Program-made: the position numbers and the translations under genes
Shown here: positions 1-8,415 of the stretch, one piece after another
Layout of the letters: each line of letters starts with the position of its first letter
Numbering within the stretch: position 1 is the first letter of the stretch
Assembly (NCBI GenBank): GCA_051439465.1
Contig: JBFRWF010000273.1
Location: 46,666-110,665, forward strand
DNA from: Xenococcaceae cyanobacterium
GTDB lineage: Bacteria; Cyanobacteriota; Cyanobacteriia; Cyanobacteriales; JBFRWF01
Direction of reading: 5' to 3'
DNA length: 64,000 nucleotides
Notes under the pieces: model-generated
What the model saw: the letters and a program-made list of their open reading frames with translations, nothing else
Database searches by the model: none
What the model was told of the DNA's origin: nothing

Positions 1-2851
1 GATTAATCTCAAAACCACCCTCTAAATAGGTATGCTCATCAATTGCAACAAGCTGGGAAGGTGAATTAAGGGTTTCATGGATACGCAGCTTCTTCGCCAA
101 TCCTTCTTCTAGCTTCTGTATTAACATCTCTCGATCTTCTACAGAAAAGCCAGACCAATCAATCGATGAAAGAAGGTGCTTATGTTTGAGTTCTTCCTCA
201 ATACTACTTTTATCAACATCGGCAATACTTAACCCCGCGCGAACTCGTGGACTAAGTAAATCTAATAGTTCACTCGAAATAAATCGCCATTCTTGCTTTT
301 TTCCAATTAAATGTCGAAGCACTCGATACCATAAATCACTAATGCTGCTATCTCCTGCATAAAGTGTATCTTCACGGGAGAACTGTTTTGATTCTCCATG
401 TAGCAAATAACGAATAGCTTGTTTAGTTCTCAACCTGTCATCTAAATGTTGTTGAAGTTTTTCTAGAAGTTTTTTCCGTTGACTAACAGGCTTGAGTGGT
501 GGTTTTTGGCTTAGTAAGGCGATCGCCTTATCTGAATCACAAGTTGGTAAATTTTCTTTGATTGTTAGATACTGACCTATTGATGATTTTGCCATATAAA
601 TATCACGCTCTATAGCTTGCTCTATAGCTTGAGATAATATGTCTACAAATGGCTGGTTATTTTGAGAAAATAGCCGTTTTTTATCGAGATATTGTTGTAA
701 CTCAGCTAAAGAGCTAATGTAGATTTTATTTTCTTGCCCAACAACTTTGAGCCTAAATAAACTGAGATTTTTAATGTGCTGTAGTAACCTCCCATCTCGC
801 TGAGGAGTCCACTCTATTACTTTTAAAGCAAAGGATTCAACAAAAGAAAGATTCTTCTCTTGGGCAAACTGACTCAGTGTTTCCAGCAATATGCGTGCGT
901 CATTTGCTGATAGTGTTGTTGTTGTCAAGTCGTGATCATTTTTGGATTTCAGAGAAGATGCAGCAATCACACAAGTCGTAGTTTTTTGAAGTTCAAGCAG
1001 GGCTAAAAGCAAATCAGATGGACAGGCTTCCGGCACATATAGCACCTGCTCTGAAGGAATTATCTTGAGTAAATCACAGATATTCTGAGCAGGATGAAAT
1101 TCTGTCGAGGATAATGCCTGTTGAAGAAAACCTTGTAGTGCTTGGATCACTTCAGCGTCAGGTTTGCGAAAGGGAAATGGATCTTTGAGAAAATTAACTA
1201 AAGTGTTGACTTGCTCTGAATCAGCACAGATTCTGGGCGCAGAAGAGTAGGACTCGTACAGCAAATTTACGATCTCTGAGGATGGCAAAGAAGTCGTTTT
1301 TTGTAGTGATAAAACAGGCCAATTCTTATAAGTCAGTATATGATTTTGACTAAAATGTTTAAGCCCTGGTAAAACTTCAATCAGGTGGTTTGACTCAGGA
1401 ATCGAATATATTGTTACTTCTCCTTCTATAAAGTCCCACTGTGAGTTTTCACAGCCATCATCAAAACGCACAACATAAGCCCATGAGCCATTATAACAGA
1501 TAAATTTTTGGTAATTTTCCCATAATTCCGTTTTTTTGAATCTCTGGGTCAATTCCTTCATAACTTCAGGAGATTTTGCCTTAGCAAAGTCAGCTAAAGT
1601 GGGTAAAATAAGGGGTAATGTCCCTTGTTCTGCTAGGATTTTATTCCATTGTTGTAAAACTCCATTATTTTGGAATTCCGACCAATCCAGAATACGGCGG
1701 CGATCTGCTCTCAAAAAGAAGAAGCCGTGTAACGTCAGAACATAGTCCTCATCACTCTCAAGAGGTATTTTTTCAAAGTTGCCTCCTGTTGGAGGTTCTG
1801 CTGTAGGGAGAAAGACTGCCCAGCGAATCAATAATTTTCCTTGCCCTTCAGTCTTGGGACGGGATAGAATAACCGCAGCACAATGTTGTTCAGCTTTTTG
1901 TTTTTTTCGACATCCTTTAGCATCAGGAATTAGTGTTGGCCAATTTTCACGATCCTTAAGCGCATTCAATTCAACATTGTCAAGTATTTGCTGATAACCA
2001 AAATACTTCTGTTGTTTGGTCTTTACCCGAATATCTCCTTTCAAGGAGTGGGGGTTAGGACGAAGAGTCTTAAAATCAGGGAAACATTGATTAGATTCTG
2101 AACCAACTTGAATACGATCAATCGTTTTACCGTCATAAAGTTCAATAGTTTTTAAATTTTTGAGCAAAGGAAAAAAACCTGCTAACTCTCCCAACAAACT
2201 ATCGCTAAAATCATGGATAAACTGAGAACCATCACCGAAATACTGTGCCACAATAGGATTGAGATCTTCCCCCCTTTGGCAATGTTCTGGCTTACGGAGA
2301 GGTAACCACAATGTAAAACCATCTTCGAATCCCATCTTTTTCCGTTCTTCAGCAATGAGAGTTTGATCTGATTTTTCAAACTTTAGTTCATCCCAATTCG
2401 ATGTTGGTACATCATCGGGATCGTCCGTTGCCCACAAGTTAAGCATAGAACCTGAATCAACCTCTGGATCGGCTTTTGGTCCTTTCAAGAAAAAGAAAGC
2501 CTCACAGATGAGAAAAACTGTCTTAAGTCCTATTCCAAACTTACCAACTGCAGAACTATCATTCTCTTTAGCACTTGCTCCAATAGAACGAATACTTCTA
2601 GCATCTTTTTTAGAAAAATAGCCATCGTTGACTACTAATATAGCTGAACCTTGCAACAAAGGATGTTTCGCCTTGTTCAGACCATTAGACCACCCAATAC
2701 TCAATCGCTTAGAACAACAGTCATCAGCATTTTGCACAATTTCCTTGAGAATAAAAATTAAGGATGTTTGTTGATTTTGACCTTGAAACAACATATTTCT
2801 AATGTTGTTTATGTCACTTCTTGCTGTGTGAATAGCTCCATATCCCGCCAT
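1..2851 (-). CDS. Large GHKL-superfamily (sacsin/Hsp90-like) ATPase, >950 aa; C-terminus runs off the left edge of the window
   Basis: Absent from the ORF track because no stop lies in the window. ATG is at 2851-2849 on the minus strand. My translation begins MAGYGAIHTARSDINNIRNMLFQGQNQQTSLIFILKEIVQNADDCCSKRLSIGW...ILVVNDGYFSKKDARSIRSIGASAKENDSSAVGKFGIGLKTVF. EIVQNADD and GKFGIGLK match the sacsin-type Bergerat-fold N-box and G-box. No ORF of 60 aa or more is reported in any frame for 1-1535, which fits one long open frame. I checked the first codons at the window edge and they are open. Confidence 0.6.
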   Translation of the reverse strand, partial: MAGYGAIHTARSDINNIRNMLFQGQNQQTSLIFILKEIVQNADDCCSKRLSIGWSNGLNKAKHPLLQGSAILVVNDGYFSKKDARSIRSIGASAKENDSSAVGKFGIGLKTVFLICEAFFFLKGPKADPEVDSGSMLNLWATDDPDDVPTSNWDELKFEKSDQTLIAEERKKMGFEDGFTLWLPLRKPEHCQRGEDLNPIVAQYFGDGSQFIHDFSDSLLGELAGFFPLLKNLKTIELYDGKTIDRIQVGSESNQCFPDFKTLRPNPHSLKGDIRVKTKQQKYFGYQQILDNVELNALKDRENWPTLIPDAKGCRKKQKAEQHCAAVILSRPKTEGQGKLLIRWAVFLPTAEPPTGGNFEKIPLESDEDYVLTLHGFFFLRADRRRILDWSEFQNNGVLQQWNKILAEQGTLPLILPTLADFAKAKSPEVMKELTQRFKKTELWENYQKFICYNGSWAYVVRFDDGCENSQWDFIEGEVTIYSIPESNHLIEVLPGLKHFSQNHILTYKNWPVLSLQKTTSLPSSEIVNLLYESYSSAPRICADSEQVNTLVNFLKDPFPFRKPDAEVIQALQGFLQQALSSTEFHPAQNICDLLKIIPSEQVLYVPEACPSDLLLALLELQKTTTCVIAASSLKSKNDHDLTTTTLSANDARILLETLSQFAQEKNLSFVESFALKVIEWTPQRDGRLLQHIKNLSLFRLKVVGQENKIYISSLAELQQYLDKKRLFSQNNQPFVDILSQAIEQAIERDIYMAKSSIGQYLTIKENLPTCDSDKAIALLSQKPPLKPVSQRKKLLEKLQQHLDDRLRTKQAIRYLLHGESKQFSREDTLYAGDSSISDLWYRVLRHLIGKKQEWRFISSELLDLLSPRVRAGLSIADVDKSSIEEELKHKHLLSSIDWSGFSVEDREMLIQKLEEGLAKKLRIHETLNSPSQLVAIDEHTYLEGGFEIN

Positions 2852-3082
2852 AGAATTTTAATGACTCCACAATCGCTTAATACTGGTAAGTGTCTAAACA
2901 AAATATATGAATAAAAAAAAACACTTTTGTCTAAATATCTTAAGTCTACTTTCGATTAAACCGCAAAAATAACCGTCATTTTGCGTATTTTATGAGAATA
3001 GTTTTATTTTATTTGAGTGATATTGCGTAAACTCATATCTTGCACCTCGAAACCTGAATATCGATTCCCGGCTCAAGAGTTA

Positions 3083-4499
3083 CTAGTGCAGGGGTGGCAG
3101 AAATAAAGCAGCAGTTAGAGCTATCAAAATTTAGGCGGCCAACGGAGTTTTGTCATAGGTCCAATGGCAGGGCTTATATTTCCATTTGAAAGGCTTAGCC
3201 AGGGTTTGATTGAAATAGTTGATAAAATCCAAAATCCGCTGACTCAAATCCTCCACCGACTTGAAACTGCCCCGCTTGAGCAAGCGTCGCCCCAAAATAC
3301 TAAACCAAATTTCAATCTGATTGAGCCAGGAGGAGTGCTTGGGAGTGTAGACAAAGCGAATACGGTGGGTGGACTCAGAGAGAAAGTGAGCTCGAGTTTC
3401 CATCGACTTGAGGATGCCCGACTTTTCTTTAACCCCCAAGTCAGTTTGAATCCCGCAGCGTTGAGCTACTAAACGAACCAAAGATTCGGATTTGTGAGTA
3501 TTGAGCTGATCGACAAGAAAAATCCAGCCCCCTTCAGGATCGGTGTCGATGACCTGCTCGATATGGGCGGCAAAGTCAGCTTCGGTACGGGTAGGACCAA
3601 TAGTGGGAGGGAGAAGGGTTCGGTTGGCGACTTCCAGGCTGGCAATGAGAGAGCGGGTTCCGTGACGCTCGTACTCAAACTCTGGACGTTCTACTTGACC
3701 AGGTCGCAGCGGCAAGGTAGGATGGAGGCGTTCTAAAGCTTGAATTCCTGTCATTTCATCACTACTGACCAGATGAATCCCCCTTTTATAGAGCCAAGGG
3801 GCCTGCAGATACAACTGACTTTTCACAGAAGCCTGTTGACCAAAGACTACAGGGTCTTCACTTGGGTGATTGAGCCAGTAACGCACCCGATGGGGCTTCA
3901 AATCAGCCTCGGCTAAAAGGCGTCGGACACTGCGCTCGGAAATCTGCGATGGCTACCCCCGTTTGACGATCTCCGAAGCCAGTTCTTGGGGAGTCCAATG
4001 AGTCACAGGTCGTCCGGATTTTTCGGGGTCTTCACAAGCCAGAGCGATAACTTGCACCACCTGTTCCACACTGAAGCCAGCTGGGGTACCTGTTCTCGGC
4101 TCATCGCTGAGAATCTCAACAATCATTTTTCTCAAGAGCGCTTCGCTGGCTCCCCTGGCCTGGGCAGCCCTCAATCGCTGTTGGTTCGCTCTCCATCGCT
4201 CACACCACCGCCCGACTGTGCTGCGGTGGCAATTGACTTGACGGGCAATGTCACTGTGGTTTACTCCTCGCTCTGCTAACAAAATGATTTGACTCCGGTA
4301 AACCAGTTGATGCGGGCTTTGGCGACGACAAGATAGTTGCTTCAAGAGCACACGTTGTTTCCTTTTGAGTCCGAGCGGTTGGGGATGAGGCCCAGGCATA
4401 CTTACTTCTCCTTAATAGACTGACCTCACTCTAGGTCTGTTTAGTACCCTTGTACCCCCTGGGAAAACTGTCACATTACTTCTGCCACCCCTGCACTAG
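3083..4499 (-). mobile_element. IS630-family insertion sequence (~1.4 kb) with terminal inverted repeats
   Basis: CTAGTGCAGGGGTGGCAGAA (3083-3102) is the exact reverse complement of TTCTGCCACCCCTGCACTAG (4480-4499). TA dinucleotides sit at both junctions (3084-3085 and 4497-4498 if the IR starts at GTGCAGG), as expected for IS630/Tc1-mariner targets. The element encloses HTH and DDE transposase ORFs. Confidence 0.85.
3131..4399 (-). pseudogene. IS630-family transposase (HTH + DDE domain) interrupted by a single in-frame TAG
   Basis: ORFs 3953..4399 and 3131..3901 share a frame (4399-3901=498, divisible by 3). The only interruption is cta at 3953-3955. Read-through gives ...EIVKRG*PSQISERSVRRLLAEADLKPHRVRYWL..., a continuous IS630-like sequence. 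The C-terminal half contains SSWLNQIEIWFSIL, typical of DDE_3 transposases. Confidence 0.8.
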
Positions 4500-4567
4500 A
4501 GCGGCAGTCCAGTAGAAAGAGTTGACAAAAAAGGACTTGTCTGAATTGTGCCAACTCATCATCAAGT

Positions 4568-4891
4568 TTATCCAGAGGTGGACTTGACAATTGACTCTTC
4601 TATCCGTGCAATTACATGAAGATTATGAACCACGGCCATCCTTCGTAGGTCATAGAGATTCTTGCGTGTACCAAGGTAACGGGCACGGTGTCCTTGCCAC
4701 TGACCAACATGAGCCAGGGTATGCTCAACCCCAACTCGTTGGAGTAGCTTGGCTCTCCCAGCAGCTGTAGTTTGACGCTGACGCAACTCCTGCAAGAGTG
4801 CTTCTTCTGGATGAATAGAAACCCACATTCCGCACCCTAAAGTGTCACACCATCTCAATTGAAGTCTTGTCGAGGTCCAAGTGTGAGTCAA
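4568..4891 (-). pseudogene. C-terminal fragment of a DDE transposase (IS4/IS5/IS1182-like)
   Basis: The 107-aa ORF ends ...RVGVEHTLAHVGQWQGHRARYLGTRKNLYDLRRMAVVHNLHVIAR. This resembles the conserved C-terminal R..VE..F..K...G.R..RYRG..K......A.NL block of these transposases. There is no catalytic N-terminal part. Confidence 0.45.
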
Positions 4892-5116
4892 AATACTTAG
4901 TTAAGAATTTAGTTCGCGGCAAGTTGGACTTTGTTGGCGAAAGTAATCGTTGCTGAAATTAATTGTGCTACAAAGACGAGAAATCTTTACTCTGGCGATT
5001 AGTAATACTCTATGTAAGAAAATTTGTAGTACATTCGCCAACAGTATCAAGCAACACGCGAACTTGTCTCCCTCTCCTTCCTTAACCGAGCAGTATTGGG
5101 AACCTGGGTTACACTA

Positions 5117-6946
5117 TCAACCTCCCCAACTTGAAAACGCCTTAATCTCCATCTCAACAGGTATAGGTGCAATAAAATAATTACCCGCAGACACCATGCA
5201 GCGTCTAAGTTGAGAAATGACCCATTCAGTAACTTCCAGGGGACATTCGATGACAATCTCATCGTGAATCGCCGCAATTATCTGCACCTCTGTTCCCTCA
5301 AAACACTGCCAAGCCAATGCCAATGCCAGTTTAGTAATATCCGAGTTCGTTCCCTGCACCGGATTATTAATCAACTCATTCAATTTCGGCTTCTGATACT
5401 TCCCCCAAAGTCTTCGCCTACCCCCAAGCGTGCGACTTTCCCTGACTCCCCGACTCCACTCCCGACGCACCTTTTCGTGATACCCTTTAATCCCTGGATA
5501 AGACTCGAAGAACTTCTTACGAAATTCCGAAGCTTGCTCAATGGTCATCTCTACCCCATAATCCTTAGCCGCCGTACTTCGAAACTTCTTCGCACCCATC
5601 CCATACACCAACCCAAAATTAATAATCTTCCCTAACCGTCTTTCCTCCTCTGTAACCGCTATTATCGACTTGCCAAACACCAACGATGCCGTCAGTCGGT
5701 GCAAATCCTCTCTCTGGCGATAAGCCTGGCACATGCGCCTATCCCCACTCACCTTTGCCATAATCCTCAGTTCAATTTGGCTGTAGTCTGCCTTGATTAG
5801 CACCTTCCCCAGCGCAGCAGTAAAACACTGCCTTGTCTCCCTATCTCTGGGAATATTTTGTAAATTCGGCTCTCGACAGCTAAATCTGCCAGAACGCGCA
5901 CCAATCTGAAACCAATTTGGATGGATGCGTCCGGTGATTGGGTGAATGTGTTCTGGCAGTCCTTCGGTGAAGGTGCTGATGCGGGTGCTGAGGCTGCGGT
6001 AATCTAACAACGCCTGAATCACTGGATATTCCTTAGCCAGAGGAATCAGGACTTGGGCACTGGTGGATTGTACTGATATCCCCTTTGCCTGAAGTGCGGC
6101 TAATACCTGCTTGGAAGAGCGAGGATTAATCGTTTCCGTCAAATCTGGAAAGAGGGAAATTTGTTCGGTTGGGGGTCGTCTCAACTCTTGGTTGATTTGC
6201 GTTAACAGTCGAGTCCTTTGTTGAATTAGATTAATCCCCAAAGCTTCCCATTTGTCCCAGTCTAGGTACATGCCATTGAGTTCCATCATCGCCACCGCAC
6301 TCAGACAAGCAAACTCTAACTTGGCTGTGGCAAGCAAGTTTGCCTGTTTGAGTCGGCGTTTGAGTTCCGTTCGCAGGGGCAGTACAATGGCTGCATCCGT
6401 GGCGGCATATTCTAGTTGAGTCGGAGTGAGAGTCCCAGACCAATCACTGTGCTGCTGGGTCTTGTCGAGTTTAACCTTGAGCAACTTAGCACTAATCGCT
6501 TCCAGAGATAAGCTTTGCTTCAGTCCGGCTGTCAGTACCCGATAGCCTAAATAGGTATCAAAGAAGGGTGGCAAAAAGGGTAATTCTGCCATCCTGAGCA
6601 TCAACCACTCAAACTTTAAATTGTGACCCACTTTGACCGCTGAACTGGCAAGGAGCGATCGCAAGGGGGAAAGGTCAGCATCAGCAACGGCAAACAAATC
6701 GATAACAACTACCGGATGATTAGGAATAGCCAGTTGGATAGTACGAATTTTGGCTGTGTACGGGTCAAGTCCAGTGGTTTCGCAGTCTAAGCCGATGACT
6801 TTAGCGTCCTTTAGGGGTGCTAGCGTTGTTTCCAGTTCATCGGCACGATTGATAAGTTGATAGGAGGTCGTTACTGTATTAGATGTCTTGGCAGTGCGAG
6901 GTTTCCTGTAGCGTTTGAGACTATTTTTAGAGGTGAGGGGTTTCAT
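5117..6946 (-). CDS. polA: Family-A DNA polymerase (Pol I-like) with 3'-5' exonuclease domain and no 5' nuclease domain
   Basis: Exo I motif GLDCETTGLD. Polymerase motif A DYSQIELRIMA, motif B RRLGKIINFGLVYGMG, motif C IHDEIVIE. Length 609 aa. Confidence 0.9.
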   Translation of the reverse strand: MKPLTSKNSLKRYRKPRTAKTSNTVTTSYQLINRADELETTLAPLKDAKVIGLDCETTGLDPYTAKIRTIQLAIPNHPVVVIDLFAVADADLSPLRSLLASSAVKVGHNLKFEWLMLRMAELPFLPPFFDTYLGYRVLTAGLKQSLSLEAISAKLLKVKLDKTQQHSDWSGTLTPTQLEYAATDAAIVLPLRTELKRRLKQANLLATAKLEFACLSAVAMMELNGMYLDWDKWEALGINLIQQRTRLLTQINQELRRPPTEQISLFPDLTETINPRSSKQVLAALQAKGISVQSTSAQVLIPLAKEYPVIQALLDYRSLSTRISTFTEGLPEHIHPITGRIHPNWFQIGARSGRFSCREPNLQNIPRDRETRQCFTAALGKVLIKADYSQIELRIMAKVSGDRRMCQAYRQREDLHRLTASLVFGKSIIAVTEEERRLGKIINFGLVYGMGAKKFRSTAAKDYGVEMTIEQASEFRKKFFESYPGIKGYHEKVRREWSRGVRESRTLGGRRRLWGKYQKPKLNELINNPVQGTNSDITKLALALAWQCFEGTEVQIIAAIHDEIVIECPLEVTEWVISQLRRCMVSAGNYFIAPIPVEMEIKAFSSWGG

Positions 6947-7377
6947 GTTGAAGCACTTGGGTTTTGTGTTACCAACTGGTGAATGCGTTAGCGTGTGCCT
7001 TGTGCATTCGTAGTAAAAAAATACCTCCGCGTCTGCGAAGGTTAGTGCCTGTCATCGAGGACAGATTATCCAGAACTCCCGTGCATCAAGAATTGACTCT
7101 AGCTTAGGGGTACACTAAACCTAGGTAAATCTAGGTATGTGATAAAAATTGCTGTTATCTCCACAGACATGGGATTCAAGCGGGGGCAGTTTTCCCCCCT
7201 CAAGCCGATGCCAAGTTTCAGGCTTCCAGATATTTCCAGTTATCTCTAGCATGGGTGAATCTTTACCTTTGCTTCACACCCCAACAAGCGATCGCTCTCT
7301 AATTCTTCGGCATAGTTTTGTTCACCACCAGCAGCCTACTCTCCACAGTAACAGCTCTAGCCGTCCCCCAAAATGCT

Positions 7378-8013
7378 TCAGCTGAAAAGGCTGATTTGAG
7401 TGGAGATAGGTGTTTCGAGCGTTTCTGGGGCTTCAGTCGGGGATGGGGCAGAGTGTTTTTTCCATCTTGGTTTTGCCGTTTCGATGACCTTGCGCCTGAT
7501 GGTACGGGCAAGGGGATAGTAGTCCTGCTGGATTTGCTCGAATTCGATGGGTCGCATATTCAGCATCTCCCAACCATTGCTCAAGTTTTGGGGAAGGCGA
7601 TTATGCTCGATCAGGGTTTCGTTCCAACACCAGGCGTAGATTTGAAATAGGTAATGGGGAAGGGGTGCATCGTAAGTCGCAGGATAAAGAGCAGTCAGCA
7701 CTTCGGTAGGCGTTGCCAAAGAGCCTGGAGACTCGTTTGCTGCATATTCTTCGGAAATCCGTTCAATTCTGCTAGCAATGCAAGCATTAATCAGCCATCC
7801 GGGAACATCCTTAGCCCACTCAGACTGATGCATAATCACAGATCCTCCGACATAACAGACATACGCCAAGGGAAAGCCAGAGATTTGGAGCAGAGTAGCA
7901 AAAACAGCCCTATTACAACCCATCTGAGCCATCACCTTCATCATTTGCAAGCTATTGAGGATGGATTGGTTAGCACTCTTGAGGTCAGGTATTAATTCAA
8001 TTTGCGAGGACAT
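7378..8013 (-). CDS. Hypothetical protein (211 aa) ending in a clamp-binding-type peptide QISLFS
   Basis: Long ORF on the same strand as the polymerase gene and upstream of it. The C-terminal codons caaatcagccttttcagc (7381-7398, minus) read Q-I-S-L-F-S followed by the stop. I recognised no other family. Confidence 0.55.
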   Translation of the reverse strand: MSSQIELIPDLKSANQSILNSLQMMKVMAQMGCNRAVFATLLQISGFPLAYVCYVGGSVIMHQSEWAKDVPGWLINACIASRIERISEEYAANESPGSLATPTEVLTALYPATYDAPLPHYLFQIYAWCWNETLIEHNRLPQNLSNGWEMLNMRPIEFEQIQQDYYPLARTIRRKVIETAKPRWKKHSAPSPTEAPETLETPISTQISLFS

Positions 8014-8168
8014 AGCAATATCGGCACTCGTTGTTCAACAACACCCAGCCGACAGGCTGATAACCGAATCGGATCGATCCGATGTAACTAATCGAACTGC
8101 CAATCCGGGTGAAGTCTTTGCCGAGTCCAATCCCTTAGCTTGAATGGGAAAACAAATTGAGGTTGCCA

Positions 8169-8378
8169 ATGACACTTTCTAACGACCCGAATCAAACCAA
8201 TGGCTACGGAACTTATGGTTACGGGGTTGAGGAGGACGAAACAACCGGATACAGCTCCTCAGCAAATCAAGGTAACTACGATGACGGCTACCAGGAAAAT
8301 ATCTACGACCAGTCCAATTTAGCAGATTCAGCTTGGACAGATAGTGCTGCTAACCCTAACCCACAGTTGGAGCTGTAA
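8169..8378 (+). CDS. Small acidic Tyr/Gly/Asn/Asp-rich hypothetical protein
   Basis: ATG at 8169 lies inside track ORF 8157..8378, which starts at TTG. The ORF is low-complexity and sits just upstream of the 694-aa secreted-protein gene. Support is weak. Confidence 0.25.
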   Translation: MTLSNDPNQTNGYGTYGYGVEEDETTGYSSSANQGNYDDGYQENIYDQSNLADSAWTDSAANPNPQLEL

Positions 8379-8415
8379 TTATCCCCAAGTCTGTAAGCCT
8401 TCTCTTCCATAAACT

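Noticed and set aside
1536-2379. Four short ORFs: three plus-strand (1536..1745, 1618..1806, 1779..1994) and one minus-strand off-frame (2182..2379)
   Set aside because: The three plus-strand ORFs are antisense to the long GHKL-ATPase frame, and 2182..2379 is in a different frame on the same strand. All have low-complexity or odd composition.
5210-5635. 141-aa plus-strand ORF, and similar long shadow ORFs (12574..13023, 17606..18106, 26104..26655, 35723..36100, 41170..41508, 57705..58082, 61141..61554, 61469..61828)
   Set aside because: Each lies entirely inside a well-supported gene on the opposite strand and shows no family-like sequence.
6149-6163. Taking the internal QISLF in the polymerase as proven clamp binding
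   Set aside because: The stronger claim is rejected. Internal pentapeptides can occur by chance, and only the coincidence with the neighbour's C-terminal QISLFS makes it worth testing.
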